This document shows, piece by piece, positions 31,975 to 41,189 of a stretch of DNA of 64,000 bases (its first letter is position 1; every line of letters begins with the position of its first letter). A model generated the notes under the pieces. The model saw only the letters and a list, made by a program, of their open reading frames with translations, searched no databases and was not told where the DNA came from. The position numbers and the translations under genes were made by a program. The stretch is taken from sequence record SRR22947727_261. One strand, given 5' to 3'.

Positions 31975-32895
31975 ATGATAAAAAATAATTTAGCTAATAT
32001 TATTTTTGTTATATCTTCATTTCTTGTTATTTTCTTTATTCACCCAATTCTTTCTATAATTTTAGGAATATTATTTGCAACGTTCTTTAAAGATAAAGCA
32101 AAGGTAATTTCAAAAAAAATTGGATCATACCCATTACAAATAGGAATAGTTTTTCTTGGTTTAACAATTGGTCTAGATACTCTAACCCCAGTAATTAAAG
32201 ATTATTTAATTTGGGTGTCCATCTTTGTCATATTTTCATTCTTGATTTGCTTTTCAATTGGCAGATTAGTTGGCTTAGATTCTAAATTAAATCTATTGCT
32301 ATCAAGTGGTTCAGCTATTTGTGGAGCAACTGCTATGGCATTAGTCTCACCTTTAATCAAGGCTAAACCCCAAACTTTGCTCATATCTTTAGCTATAATT
32401 TTTGCTCTAAACACTATCGCAATTATTTTATTTCCAATTATTGGCTCATATTTAGGCATGAGCTCTTATGAATTTGGAGCTTTTTCAGCACTTGCGATTC
32501 ACGATACTGCTTCAGTTATAGGATCAGCACTTCAGTTTGATAGAAATTCTGTAGAAGTTGCTACTGCTCTTAAAGTTATGAGAACTTTATGGCTCATTCC
32601 TTTAATTATTATTTTAAATTACCAATTTAATACAAATAAGATTAAGAATGCATTTCCTCTATTTATAGTATTTTTTATTTTTGCTATCTATATATCAAAT
32701 GTGATAAATTTTTCTTACGAAACTATTTTGTATTTAAATATTTTAAGTAAAACTTTTATTGCATATGGAATTTTTACAATAGGGCTTCAATCATCAAATT
32801 TAGACTTAAGTCTTATCAAAGCAAAACCGCTAATAACCGCAATAAGTGTTTGGTTTATAGTTATACCAGTTGCTTACTTTGTAGCAATTAGCTAA
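31975..32895 (+). CDS. YeiH-family putative sulfate exporter
   Basis: SGSAICGATA, IHDTASVIG, K..RTLWLIP; polytopic membrane protein. Confidence 0.8.
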   Translation: MIKNNLANIIFVISSFLVIFFIHPILSIILGILFATFFKDKAKVISKKIGSYPLQIGIVFLGLTIGLDTLTPVIKDYLIWVSIFVIFSFLICFSIGRLVGLDSKLNLLLSSGSAICGATAMALVSPLIKAKPQTLLISLAIIFALNTIAIILFPIIGSYLGMSSYEFGAFSALAIHDTASVIGSALQFDRNSVEVATALKVMRTLWLIPLIIILNYQFNTNKIKNAFPLFIVFFIFAIYISNVINFSYETILYLNILSKTFIAYGIFTIGLQSSNLDLSLIKAKPLITAISVWFIVIPVAYFVAIS

Positions 32896-32907
32896 TTGAA
32901 GATAAAA

Positions 32908-33945
32908 CTAATTTTTATATGATGGTGTTGAGTTTAAAATTGTTAGCTCTTCATCATTCATGTCAGGTAGTATATCTTCAAATAATAAACTTGAGAGATA
33001 TCTTTCAGCTGTATCAGCTAACATGCATAGTATTGTTGAGCCTTTGGGAGCTTTATTTGCAACTTCCATTGCTACAGCAAAAGTTGAGCCACCTGAAATT
33101 CCCGTTAATATACCTTCTTCAGCTGCAAGTTTTTGAGACCATTTAATGCCATTAGATCCAGCAACTGGAATTATTTCATCAATAAATTCTTTATCTATAG
33201 CTTCTTGTAATACCAAGGGTATAAAATCAGTAGTCCATCCTTGGATTGGATGTGGGTTCCAATCAGGATGTGATAGTGCAGGAGCACCATCATCTGTTCT
33301 TTCTTGAGATTTTCCTTTTGCAACTAGTGGTGCAACATCGGGCTCAGCCATTATTAATTTTGTTTCTGGCATAAATTCTCTTAAAACCCTAGATACACCT
33401 GCAAATGTTCCACCAGTGCCATATCCTGATACCCAATAGTCTAATCCTAATTCATTGAAATCAGATACTATTTCTTGACCTGTTGTAGATTCATGGATAT
33501 TTGCATTTGCTTCATTTTCAAACTGTCTTGCATAAAACCAACCGTTTTGATCTGCTAGTTCTTTTGCTTTTTTGTAAGCCCCTGAACCAGCTTCTGATGC
33601 TGGAGTTATAATAACTTTAGCTCCTAAAAATCTCATCATCTTCCTTCTTTCTATTGACGCGCTTTCTGGCATTGTAATTACACATGGATAATTTTTTGCA
33701 GCACAAACAAAGGCAAGTCCAATACCAGTATTACCACTTGTTGCTTCTACAACCGTTTGACCTGGTTTTAAAACACCTTGTTTTTCAGCTTCATCTATAA
33801 TGCTAAATGCCAAACGATCTTTTACAGAAGAAGCTGGGTTAAAGTACTCAGCTTTAACATACAAATTAATTCCATCTGGAGCTAAATTATTTATTTTTAC
33901 AACAGGTGTTTTACCTATGGTGCTTAAAATACTTGGATATATCAT
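32908..33945 (-). CDS. cysK: cysteine synthase (PLP-dependent)
   Basis: IGKTPVV, NPASSVKDR, EATSGNTG, GTGGT, HPIQG, DTAERYLS. Confidence 0.9.
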   Translation of the reverse strand: MIYPSILSTIGKTPVVKINNLAPDGINLYVKAEYFNPASSVKDRLAFSIIDEAEKQGVLKPGQTVVEATSGNTGIGLAFVCAAKNYPCVITMPESASIERRKMMRFLGAKVIITPASEAGSGAYKKAKELADQNGWFYARQFENEANANIHESTTGQEIVSDFNELGLDYWVSGYGTGGTFAGVSRVLREFMPETKLIMAEPDVAPLVAKGKSQERTDDGAPALSHPDWNPHPIQGWTTDFIPLVLQEAIDKEFIDEIIPVAGSNGIKWSQKLAAEEGILTGISGGSTFAVAMEVANKAPKGSTILCMLADTAERYLSSLLFEDILPDMNDEELTILNSTPSYKN

Positions 33946-34115
33946 ATTGAATAAGTTAAAAAAAAATCGATTTTATCACAATAACTGTGTTTATAAATAA
34001 TCTTCTAAAGTAGTAATTTATTTATAAAAAATTTACATTATTTTTAATTAATATCTAATTATTCACTCGCTAAATATATTAGTATTAAACTTTAATCTAA
34101 TTGGGAGAACTTTTT

Positions 34116-34799
34116 ATGAAAAAAATAATAATGCATTTAAGTGCAATATTCTTAGTAACTTTAAATTTATCTGCATCAGTGCCTGAGGGAGCTTTTACAT
34201 CCTTACATGTAAAAGTAAAGGATGTTGATGCCTATATAAACTATATGAAAGAAAATACTGACGCTTTTAAAATGATAGATTCTGATGTTGCTGGTGTTTG
34301 TGTTGTAAAAACTGGTAATGAATATCCAGGAGAAATGTTTGTATGGAATGCTTTTCCAAGCGTAGAGAAGGCTTTTATAACTTCTGAGTTATACGATCCA
34401 ATGAATGCGCCAAAAGAATTTAATAAATTAAGAAAGGTTCTTTATTCTGTTACATGGAAACCTATAAAAGAATTTGAATTAAATCCTGGATATGAAAGGC
34501 TTTGGAGAATTAAGACAAGCGATGTTAGAGCTCTAGCTAATGACATGACAAAACTTGAAAAAGAACTTCAAAAAGCTGGGCATAACATGAGAATTGGTGT
34601 TTTCGAGCCAATGGGTGGAGGTACTGAAAATGTACATCTAAGAGTAGTAACTAATACAGCTGCTGAAAATGGGAGGGTTGTTGATGAATATTATGCAGGA
34701 GCATCATATGGAAAGATATGGGATCAAGCATTTGCAAAATATGTTACTGAAGTTGTTAGAGAGACAACAGAGTTTTGTCAAATTGTATACACTAAATAA
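34116..34799 (+). CDS. secreted hypothetical protein, possibly two NIPSNAP/dimeric alpha-beta-barrel-like repeats
   Basis: SD GGGAG at 34103-34107 favours ATG 34116. N-terminal signal peptide MKKIIMHLSAIFLVTLNLSA. Terminator downstream. Confidence 0.7.
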   Translation: MKKIIMHLSAIFLVTLNLSASVPEGAFTSLHVKVKDVDAYINYMKENTDAFKMIDSDVAGVCVVKTGNEYPGEMFVWNAFPSVEKAFITSELYDPMNAPKEFNKLRKVLYSVTWKPIKEFELNPGYERLWRIKTSDVRALANDMTKLEKELQKAGHNMRIGVFEPMGGGTENVHLRVVTNTAAENGRVVDEYYAGASYGKIWDQAFAKYVTEVVRETTEFCQIVYTK

Positions 34800-34807
34800 T
34801 TTCTAAT

Positions 34808-34832
34808 AAAAAAGGGGCTTAAAAGCCCCTTT
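34808..34832. terminator. bidirectional Rho-independent terminator
   Basis: aaaaaaGGGGCT-taaa-AGCCCCttt between convergent genes. Confidence 0.85.
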
Positions 34833-34848
34833 ATTTATTATGTCTATT

Positions 34849-35226
34849 TTATTTTTTCTTCCAAACGATTGCTAGCTGAAATACTAAAATAAATAGTGTA
34901 AAAGCCGTTTGAATAGATCCACCAGCAGCGGCAGGTGAGTCAACAATAGCCTTTAATCTTAGTCCAGAATCAGCACCCATTTCAACAAGCTGAGACGTGT
35001 AACTTGTTAATATACTTCCACCAATTTGATTTGTTGTATAAAAAAAGAATGCTACGAATAAACAAAAAATACTCGTAAATACTTTTGCTGACATATCAGC
35101 ATCAGAGTTATAAACATTATTAGCCATTCTAAAACCAAGCCATGTCATCAAAGTCATTGCTACAAAAAACATTCCATTTTGAACAAATCCTAAATACATT
35201 AGATTAAGCACTTCATATTCAGTCAT
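34849..35226 (-). CDS. hypothetical membrane protein with ~3 TM helices, paralog of 6421-6849
   Basis: SD AGGGAG, hydrophobic helices, shared residue pattern with 6421-6849. Confidence 0.75.
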   Translation of the reverse strand: MTEYEVLNLMYLGFVQNGMFFVAMTLMTWLGFRMANNVYNSDADMSAKVFTSIFCLFVAFFFYTTNQIGGSILTSYTSQLVEMGADSGLRLKAIVDSPAAAGGSIQTAFTLFILVFQLAIVWKKK

Positions 35227-35325
35227 TTTTTTCTCCCTATTAAAATTAACTAAGATTAATAATATTATATTTATGTTTAATTTTGTTACAAATATTTATA
35301 TACATTATAGATATAATGTCTTTAT

Positions 35326-36516
35326 TTAAAATCTACTTGGTCTAAACTCTTTGAGTAAATTATTATAAATATTCTCAGTAATTTCATGTGCAACTATTTT
35401 TCCTACTATTGGCCCAAGACTTATACCACTATGCATTGATGCTACATATGTATCTTTTTTTGAATCAATAAATCCTACTATGGGTAAACCATCTAATGGA
35501 AGAGGCCTCCATCCGATCTCAGCCGACTCAACTTCAACATCATCTATATTTTTTATAAAGGATTTTGCTTTATATAAAATTTTATTAATATGTTGCTTAG
35601 CTATTATTGATGATGGAAATTTTGATGGATAACCCTCTAATCTAATTTTATGATTTTCAGGGGCGCCATCCTGTTCTCCAATAACCAGCCTACCATCATT
35701 TTGTTGATGAATATGAATACCAGGCCCAACAATAATTTTATTAATTACTTTCATATATGGTTTTGTTTTTATTATTATTCCTGGAGTAGGTTCTTTTAAA
35801 ACTTTTTTATTAATTAATAAATTTGTATTTATACCAGTTGCAAAAATTATTAGGTCTGTTTCAATTTCACCAAGAGAAGTGCTTATAGACGATAATTTAC
35901 CGTTTCTATAAATAGAATTTTTATAAATACAATTATTTCTGATTTTACCTCCATTAAAAATCGTTCTAGCTACCAAATTTTCAATTGTTTTAAGTGCATC
36001 TATCGCTCCATCTTCAACAGAATAAACAATATTATTATTGTTATTAAAATTTATATTAGGTTCGTATGAAGATGCTTTTAAGCTATCAATAATTTTGTAT
36101 TTTGAATAAGTAGGGTAATTTGATAATTTATTTACATTATTTAATAATTTTTTATGTTTATTAGGCTCAACAAACCATTCCAGCGAACCATTCCACTTGC
36201 TGGGAAAATCAATGTATCTATATAAATCATCAAATGCAGCTATTCCTAATTGTGATAAGTAATTATATGAATATGGTCTTTTAGGATATGTTGCATTAAC
36301 CCAATTAAATGATTTGCCGCTCGTCCCGCTTCCTGGTAATGATTTATCTATAATTGTTACATTCTGACCTAATCTTGATAGTTCATGGGCTATACATGTC
36401 CCTACAATACCAGCTCCAACAACAGTTATTTTCTTTAAATTTTTTTTATTCGCAGATGCTAATGGTGAATATAAAGCAATTGTAGATAATAATTTAAGGA
36501 AATCCCTTCGTAACAT
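35326..36516 (-). CDS. Tat-exported FAD-dependent oxidoreductase (DAO/DadA/glycine oxidase family)
   Basis: Twin-arginine signal MLRRDFLK, GAGIVG, GTSGKSF.W, GWRPLPLDGLPIVG, HSGISLGP. Confidence 0.85.
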   Translation of the reverse strand: MLRRDFLKLLSTIALYSPLASANKKNLKKITVVGAGIVGTCIAHELSRLGQNVTIIDKSLPGSGTSGKSFNWVNATYPKRPYSYNYLSQLGIAAFDDLYRYIDFPSKWNGSLEWFVEPNKHKKLLNNVNKLSNYPTYSKYKIIDSLKASSYEPNINFNNNNNIVYSVEDGAIDALKTIENLVARTIFNGGKIRNNCIYKNSIYRNGKLSSISTSLGEIETDLIIFATGINTNLLINKKVLKEPTPGIIIKTKPYMKVINKIIVGPGIHIHQQNDGRLVIGEQDGAPENHKIRLEGYPSKFPSSIIAKQHINKILYKAKSFIKNIDDVEVESAEIGWRPLPLDGLPIVGFIDSKKDTYVASMHSGISLGPIVGKIVAHEITENIYNNLLKEFRPSRF

Positions 36517-38615
36517 TAATCAACTAAATTTATAATAAAGTTAAATTCTTCGGCTATTTCATTAAATTGATTAATTTTTCCACTCAAACCACCATGACCT
36601 CCAATAAGATTCATTTTCATTAAAATTGGATTATCTGATTGGCTATATTCTCTAAGTTTTGGCGTATATTTAGCAGGTTCAAAATATTGTACCTGAGAGT
36701 CATATAAGCTTGATGTAATAAATACAGAAGGGTAGTTGGCTTTAAAAATATTGTCATAAGGTGAATATTGCTTTATGTAATTGTATTCATCGATATTAGC
36801 TGGATTTCCCCACTCGTCATATTCAAATGTGGTTAATGGTATGCTTGGATCAGACATTGTGGTAAGTACATCTACAAAGGGAACTCCAGATAATATACCT
36901 TTATAGAGATTTGGTTCTAAATTAATAATAGCTCCCATCAATAAGCCGCCAGCACTTCCACCTCTTGCAAATACATTTTCTGGATTTCCTATAGCTTTAT
37001 CTAAGACAGCGTGAACACCATCATTAAAATCATTGAATGTATTCATTTTATTAAACATTCGTCCATCATCATACCAATGCTTACCCATTTCACCGCCACC
37101 TCTAATATTAAGAATTACATATATAAACCCTCTATCTAATAATGGTATAAGAGACTGTCTAAACGATGCATCAGTATTAATTCCATATGATCCATATCCA
37201 TAAAATAGAATAGGTGCAGAGGCAAGATTGGTATCGTTTTTATAGAAAATTATAGCTGGAACATCTACTCCATCCCTAGCTTCATAAAAAAATCTTTCAT
37301 CGCTATATTGTTTATCATCAAAATTTAATATTTCTTTTTGCCAAACTGTTGAGTAGGACATGGATAAAAAATTAAAGAATTTGATGGAATCAGGTGTTGT
37401 TAAACTAGAGTAGTTAAAATAAAAACCATCATCTGAAGAGTTCACATTATTGGTGTTTATATCAACTGTATATGCATTATCCTCATGATTAACTCTATAA
37501 GTTCCTTTAGATGATAGATTATAGATACTAATTTCAGGTAAACCATTCTCTCTGATCTCAAGAATTAAGTTATTTTTTTTATAAAAAATATCGCTTATAA
37601 AAATATTAATATCGTGATCAATAACCACATCCATAGCGATAATAGATAAATCACCAAGCGTATTAGTTTTTAAAACTTTAAAATTGGGTGCATTATGGTT
37701 AGATAGAATGTAAAAACTCTTATCATTTATATGCTCCAAGTAATATAAATGATTTTCAAGCCTTTCTAAAAAAAGTTCAGGTTTAATTAAAGGGTTATCT
37801 AAATCAATTAAACGAATTTCATTTTGATTAGTTGCTGCAATATTTATATAAGCATATTTTTTTGATTTAGATAAACTAATATTAATATCATATTCGGTAT
37901 CATCTTCTTTATATAACAAAACATCATCAGAGGAGGGCGAACCAATTTTATGGGCATATACTGAATTATTAATGAGGGTAATAGGATCTTTTTTGGAGTA
38001 AATAACATACTTATTATCAATGGACCAAATAATGTCTCTAGAAGTTCTCTTAAGTTCACTATCAATAATTTTTAGTGTAATAGCATCGATAATCTTAATA
38101 TCATATTCACGTCTACCATTATTATCCTCTAAATATGCAATAAGTGAATTATCTCCTGATGGTCTAATTGTATTAACAGAATAGTATTCCTGCGTTTTTA
38201 ACTTAATATTTGGGTTTAAATAAAGTGTTTCTTTGCTGTTAGAAGACTCTTTTTTATAAAATTTAGGTAATTGATCTCCTTTATTTAGTTTTTCATAATA
38301 TAGATAACCATTGTTATATAAAGGAAAAGACACTTCTTCTTCAGGAAGTTGTTCTATAAGTTCATTAACAATTTCAGTTTTATAGTTATGTTTAGAACTA
38401 AACCATTTATCCGCATATTTATTTTCAGATAGTAGGTAGGTCAAAATCTCTTCGTTTGATCTTGTATCATCTCTTAACCAATAGTAATTATCAATTCTAA
38501 TATCATTATGATTTATTATTTCATAAGGAATTTTTTTTGGAGTAGGTATGTCCATATCATCAGTACCACAGGATGTTATTAATAGGAGTGTGAATAAAAA
38601 CTTAAATATATTCAT
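36516..38615 (-). CDS. ptrB: oligopeptidase B (S9A) with a lipoprotein-type signal
   Basis: DNYYWLRDD, YGYGSYG, RGGGEMG, GGSAGGLL, DSQVQYFEPAK, GH; N-terminus LLLITSC. Confidence 0.9.
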   Translation of the reverse strand: MNIFKFLFTLLLITSCGTDDMDIPTPKKIPYEIINHNDIRIDNYYWLRDDTRSNEEILTYLLSENKYADKWFSSKHNYKTEIVNELIEQLPEEEVSFPLYNNGYLYYEKLNKGDQLPKFYKKESSNSKETLYLNPNIKLKTQEYYSVNTIRPSGDNSLIAYLEDNNGRREYDIKIIDAITLKIIDSELKRTSRDIIWSIDNKYVIYSKKDPITLINNSVYAHKIGSPSSDDVLLYKEDDTEYDINISLSKSKKYAYINIAATNQNEIRLIDLDNPLIKPELFLERLENHLYYLEHINDKSFYILSNHNAPNFKVLKTNTLGDLSIIAMDVVIDHDINIFISDIFYKKNNLILEIRENGLPEISIYNLSSKGTYRVNHEDNAYTVDINTNNVNSSDDGFYFNYSSLTTPDSIKFFNFLSMSYSTVWQKEILNFDDKQYSDERFFYEARDGVDVPAIIFYKNDTNLASAPILFYGYGSYGINTDASFRQSLIPLLDRGFIYVILNIRGGGEMGKHWYDDGRMFNKMNTFNDFNDGVHAVLDKAIGNPENVFARGGSAGGLLMGAIINLEPNLYKGILSGVPFVDVLTTMSDPSIPLTTFEYDEWGNPANIDEYNYIKQYSPYDNIFKANYPSVFITSSLYDSQVQYFEPAKYTPKLREYSQSDNPILMKMNLIGGHGGLSGKINQFNEIAEEFNFIINLVD

Positions 38616-38698
38616 AACAGTTAATATAAGTTACTTTATATAAATAGTGTAATTAATTTACCTTAAAAAGAAGGGTTTTTTCTGTATATGAATACATA

Positions 38699-38726
38699 GC
38701 TTCGCATAATATATATTATGTTAAAT
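38699..38726 (+). other. dif: dif site (XerC/XerD chromosome dimer resolution)
   Basis: GCTTCGCATAA-TATATA-TTATGTTAAAT. The XerD arm is identical to E. coli dif (GGTGCGCATAA TGTATA TTATGTTAAAT) and the XerC arm matches 9/11. Intergenic. Confidence 0.92.
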
Positions 38727-38745
38727 TATAGGGATTAGAATATAG

Positions 38746-39600
38746 CTATAAAGATACTAAAAAGTCTTTAATGTGCCTTGTAATATCCTCTGGAGAGTCT
38801 TCTTGGATGAAATGGTTACCTTCTACGGTTACTTCTTTAATATTAGTCCAACTCCTAACTTCATCTCTTTGCGTTCCAACTAACAAGAACCCTGGCTCAG
38901 CATTAATAAATAACTTGGGAATACTTGATGTGCTATGAAAATTTGCATTCATTGTAATCTCGTTATGGGTATCTAACGGATCTTCGTTAAAAGGTATATT
39001 TCTTGGAAAAGTTAAGGTTGGTCGTCTATCTTCTCCTGAGTTAATAAACGGTCTTAAATATTCGTTTCTTGTTTCATCTGACATAGGCTTAATAGGATCA
39101 TTTAATAAGATTCTTTCTACAAAGAAATTTTTGTCTAAAATTAGTTCTTCTCCAGCATCTGATCTAAATAACTTAAATATTTTTTTACCAGCTTCAGGCC
39201 ATTGATCCCAAGTTAATGGAACCGTAACTCCTTCCATAAAAGTTATTGAAGAAATACTATCTGAGTTTAATCTTGCATACTTTAATCCAAGGCCACAGCC
39301 CCAATCATGGATCACTAAGTGGATTCGCGGACCAAGATCAAGTTTATTTAATAACTCATCCAAATAATCATACTGACCATTAAAGCTATAACCTGGGTTA
39401 TCTATACCATCAAGCTTCTCAGAGTCTCCCATGCCAATAAGATCTGGAACAATTACCCTATAAGATTGATTGAAATTTGGGGCTATATTTCTCCATAAAT
39501 ATGACGAAGTAGGATTTCCGTGGATAAATACAATTGCATCACCCTCACCCTCATCTATGTAGGCTAAATTCTTACCTTTAACTTTGAGAAAATTCTTCAA
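38746..39600 (-). CDS. dhaA: haloalkane dehalogenase (LinB/DhaA-type)
   Basis: HGNPTSSYLWRN, PDLIGMGDS, nucleophile IHDWG, FMEG acid, NFFVE, RRPTL, GNHFIQED. Confidence 0.92.
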   Translation of the reverse strand: MKNFLKVKGKNLAYIDEGEGDAIVFIHGNPTSSYLWRNIAPNFNQSYRVIVPDLIGMGDSEKLDGIDNPGYSFNGQYDYLDELLNKLDLGPRIHLVIHDWGCGLGLKYARLNSDSISSITFMEGVTVPLTWDQWPEAGKKIFKLFRSDAGEELILDKNFFVERILLNDPIKPMSDETRNEYLRPFINSGEDRRPTLTFPRNIPFNEDPLDTHNEITMNANFHSTSSIPKLFINAEPGFLLVGTQRDEVRSWTNIKEVTVEGNHFIQEDSPEDITRHIKDFLVSL

Positions 39601-39601
39601 A

Positions 39602-39916
39602 TTACTTTCTTGGAGGCATTCCTTTTACGCGTTGCAGCGTAAAATCGGTTGCAGCTCTTCTATGCTTGCTTAACTCTTGGTAACCCTCATCAGCCCACCA
39701 ATTATCAGCATCTTCTTCAGATGGGAACGAAAAGATAATAGCTCTTCCTGGAATTGGTTCTATGCCCTCTAAAACTACTCGATTATCATCATAGGTAATA
39801 AATGATCCGTTATGCTTTTTCAAATAAGAAAAGAAACCTTTTTCATATATTCGGTATTCATCTGGATCATTGATAGTTAAATTAACCACTATGTATACGG
39901 TTATGTCAGCTGACAT
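39602..39916 (-). CDS. DUF1330-family protein
   Basis: YIVVNLTINDPDEYRIY, LEG, FPSEE.A..WW...YQ....R. Confidence 0.85.
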   Translation of the reverse strand: MSADITVYIVVNLTINDPDEYRIYEKGFFSYLKKHNGSFITYDDNRVVLEGIEPIPGRAIIFSFPSEEDADNWWADEGYQELSKHRRAATDFTLQRVKGMPPRK

Positions 39917-41189
39917 TATTTTCTCCTTTTAATTTTAAGTTATTGTTCTCTAGATTAATAAAATTGTAAACAGCTGCAGCGCATGATTCAGGATTTTCGA
40001 TAACGTTAAAATGTGCAGATTCTGGTATTAGGCAAAATCTACTAAATTTTGATCCAACTTTTGTTTGTATCATTTTGTAAGTATTTTTATCAGTAATGAA
40101 CTGACTTTGGCAAGCAACTCCTGAGGATTGATAAATAGCGCCTGGATAAATATCCTCTATCTCATTTTTATATAAATTATATTTACCAAAATATGGTTGA
40201 TCTGAAATGAGAACTCCATTTGGAGCTTCCTTAAATTCATCTTCACCTTGGAATTGCATGATAGGTATATTTATATCCTTGAATTTATTTCTATTCTCAA
40301 CCTCGAAGCTCAAACCACCTTGCATCAAAGACTGTTTAAACTTATTGAAGTAGCTTTTATAAGCAACTTGAGATGTAAGTTTTAAATGGGTATATCTATC
40401 AAACAAATGTGTGCCCTTCTTAGCTTTTCTAGCCTTACTAACAAAACCTTGAGAAAGAAGTTGTATGGGTCTGTTTAAAAAGATAACAGCAAATAGAAGA
40501 AGTCTTAATTGATGATATGAGGCCATGATGCTATGAGGAGGACCTACAAGTACTTTTGGTGCTAGTTTTCTCCATTGTGGCTCGTAATGATTCCAAACTT
40601 GAGAACCTCTTGAATAAGATAAAACTTTGTCAGGGCTATCTATGCAAAGATTTTCAAGTATCACTGCTCCCCTGTCATGTCCTACTAAATGAGCCGCATC
40701 TATATCCATTTCATTCATCAATAATTTTATAGTTTTAGACTGATTTACATGACTATACTTCGGATCTACTTTTAATTTAGAAAAATCTATTATTTTCTTG
40801 CTAGTTAAACTTTCTCCATTTGATATTGCTAATGAATTTGAAACATCAATATTAAAATGATCTTCATAATATGGCATATTAAATATTATTATTCTCAGTG
40901 AATTATCGATTGTATTTAGACAATCTGCCATCCAGGACATAGACTTAAGCGGGTCTGTAGGTATTCCTCCAATTAATATTAGAGTTTTTTCCTTAACAGC
41001 ATCTTTATTTCCAATTTCCCATACTGAGTGATCTTCATTGTTAATAGTAACAAAATATTTCCTAAAATTTGAAAGCTCTATTAAGGGTTTATAAAAGAGC
41101 TTTTCTCTTGAAAATATTCTTAAATAAACATAAGAGTCGATGAATATAAAAATAAAATATGTGAATCCTTTTAGAAAAAAATCCACCAT
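39906..41189 (-). CDS. divergent alpha/beta hydrolase with Asp nucleophile (epoxide hydrolase/haloacetate dehalogenase-like) and N-terminal TM segment
   Basis: LVGHDRGA nucleophile elbow, IMQFQGEDE, IPESAHFNVIENPE. Confidence 0.7.
   Translation of the reverse strand: MVDFFLKGFTYFIFIFIDSYVYLRIFSREKLFYKPLIELSNFRKYFVTINNEDHSVWEIGNKDAVKEKTLILIGGIPTDPLKSMSWMADCLNTIDNSLRIIIFNMPYYEDHFNIDVSNSLAISNGESLTSKKIIDFSKLKVDPKYSHVNQSKTIKLLMNEMDIDAAHLVGHDRGAVILENLCIDSPDKVLSYSRGSQVWNHYEPQWRKLAPKVLVGPPHSIMASYHQLRLLLFAVIFLNRPIQLLSQGFVSKARKAKKGTHLFDRYTHLKLTSQVAYKSYFNKFKQSLMQGGLSFEVENRNKFKDINIPIMQFQGEDEFKEAPNGVLISDQPYFGKYNLYKNEIEDIYPGAIYQSSGVACQSQFITDKNTYKMIQTKVGSKFSRFCLIPESAHFNVIENPESCAAAVYNFINLENNNLKLKGENNVS

Noticed and set aside
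35254-35281. Possible second dif: GATTAATAATA-TTATAT-TTATGTTTAAT
   Set aside because: The XerD-like arm has one mismatch, but the XerC arm lacks the CGCATAA core. It lies in a very AT-rich promoter region where chance matches are likely.
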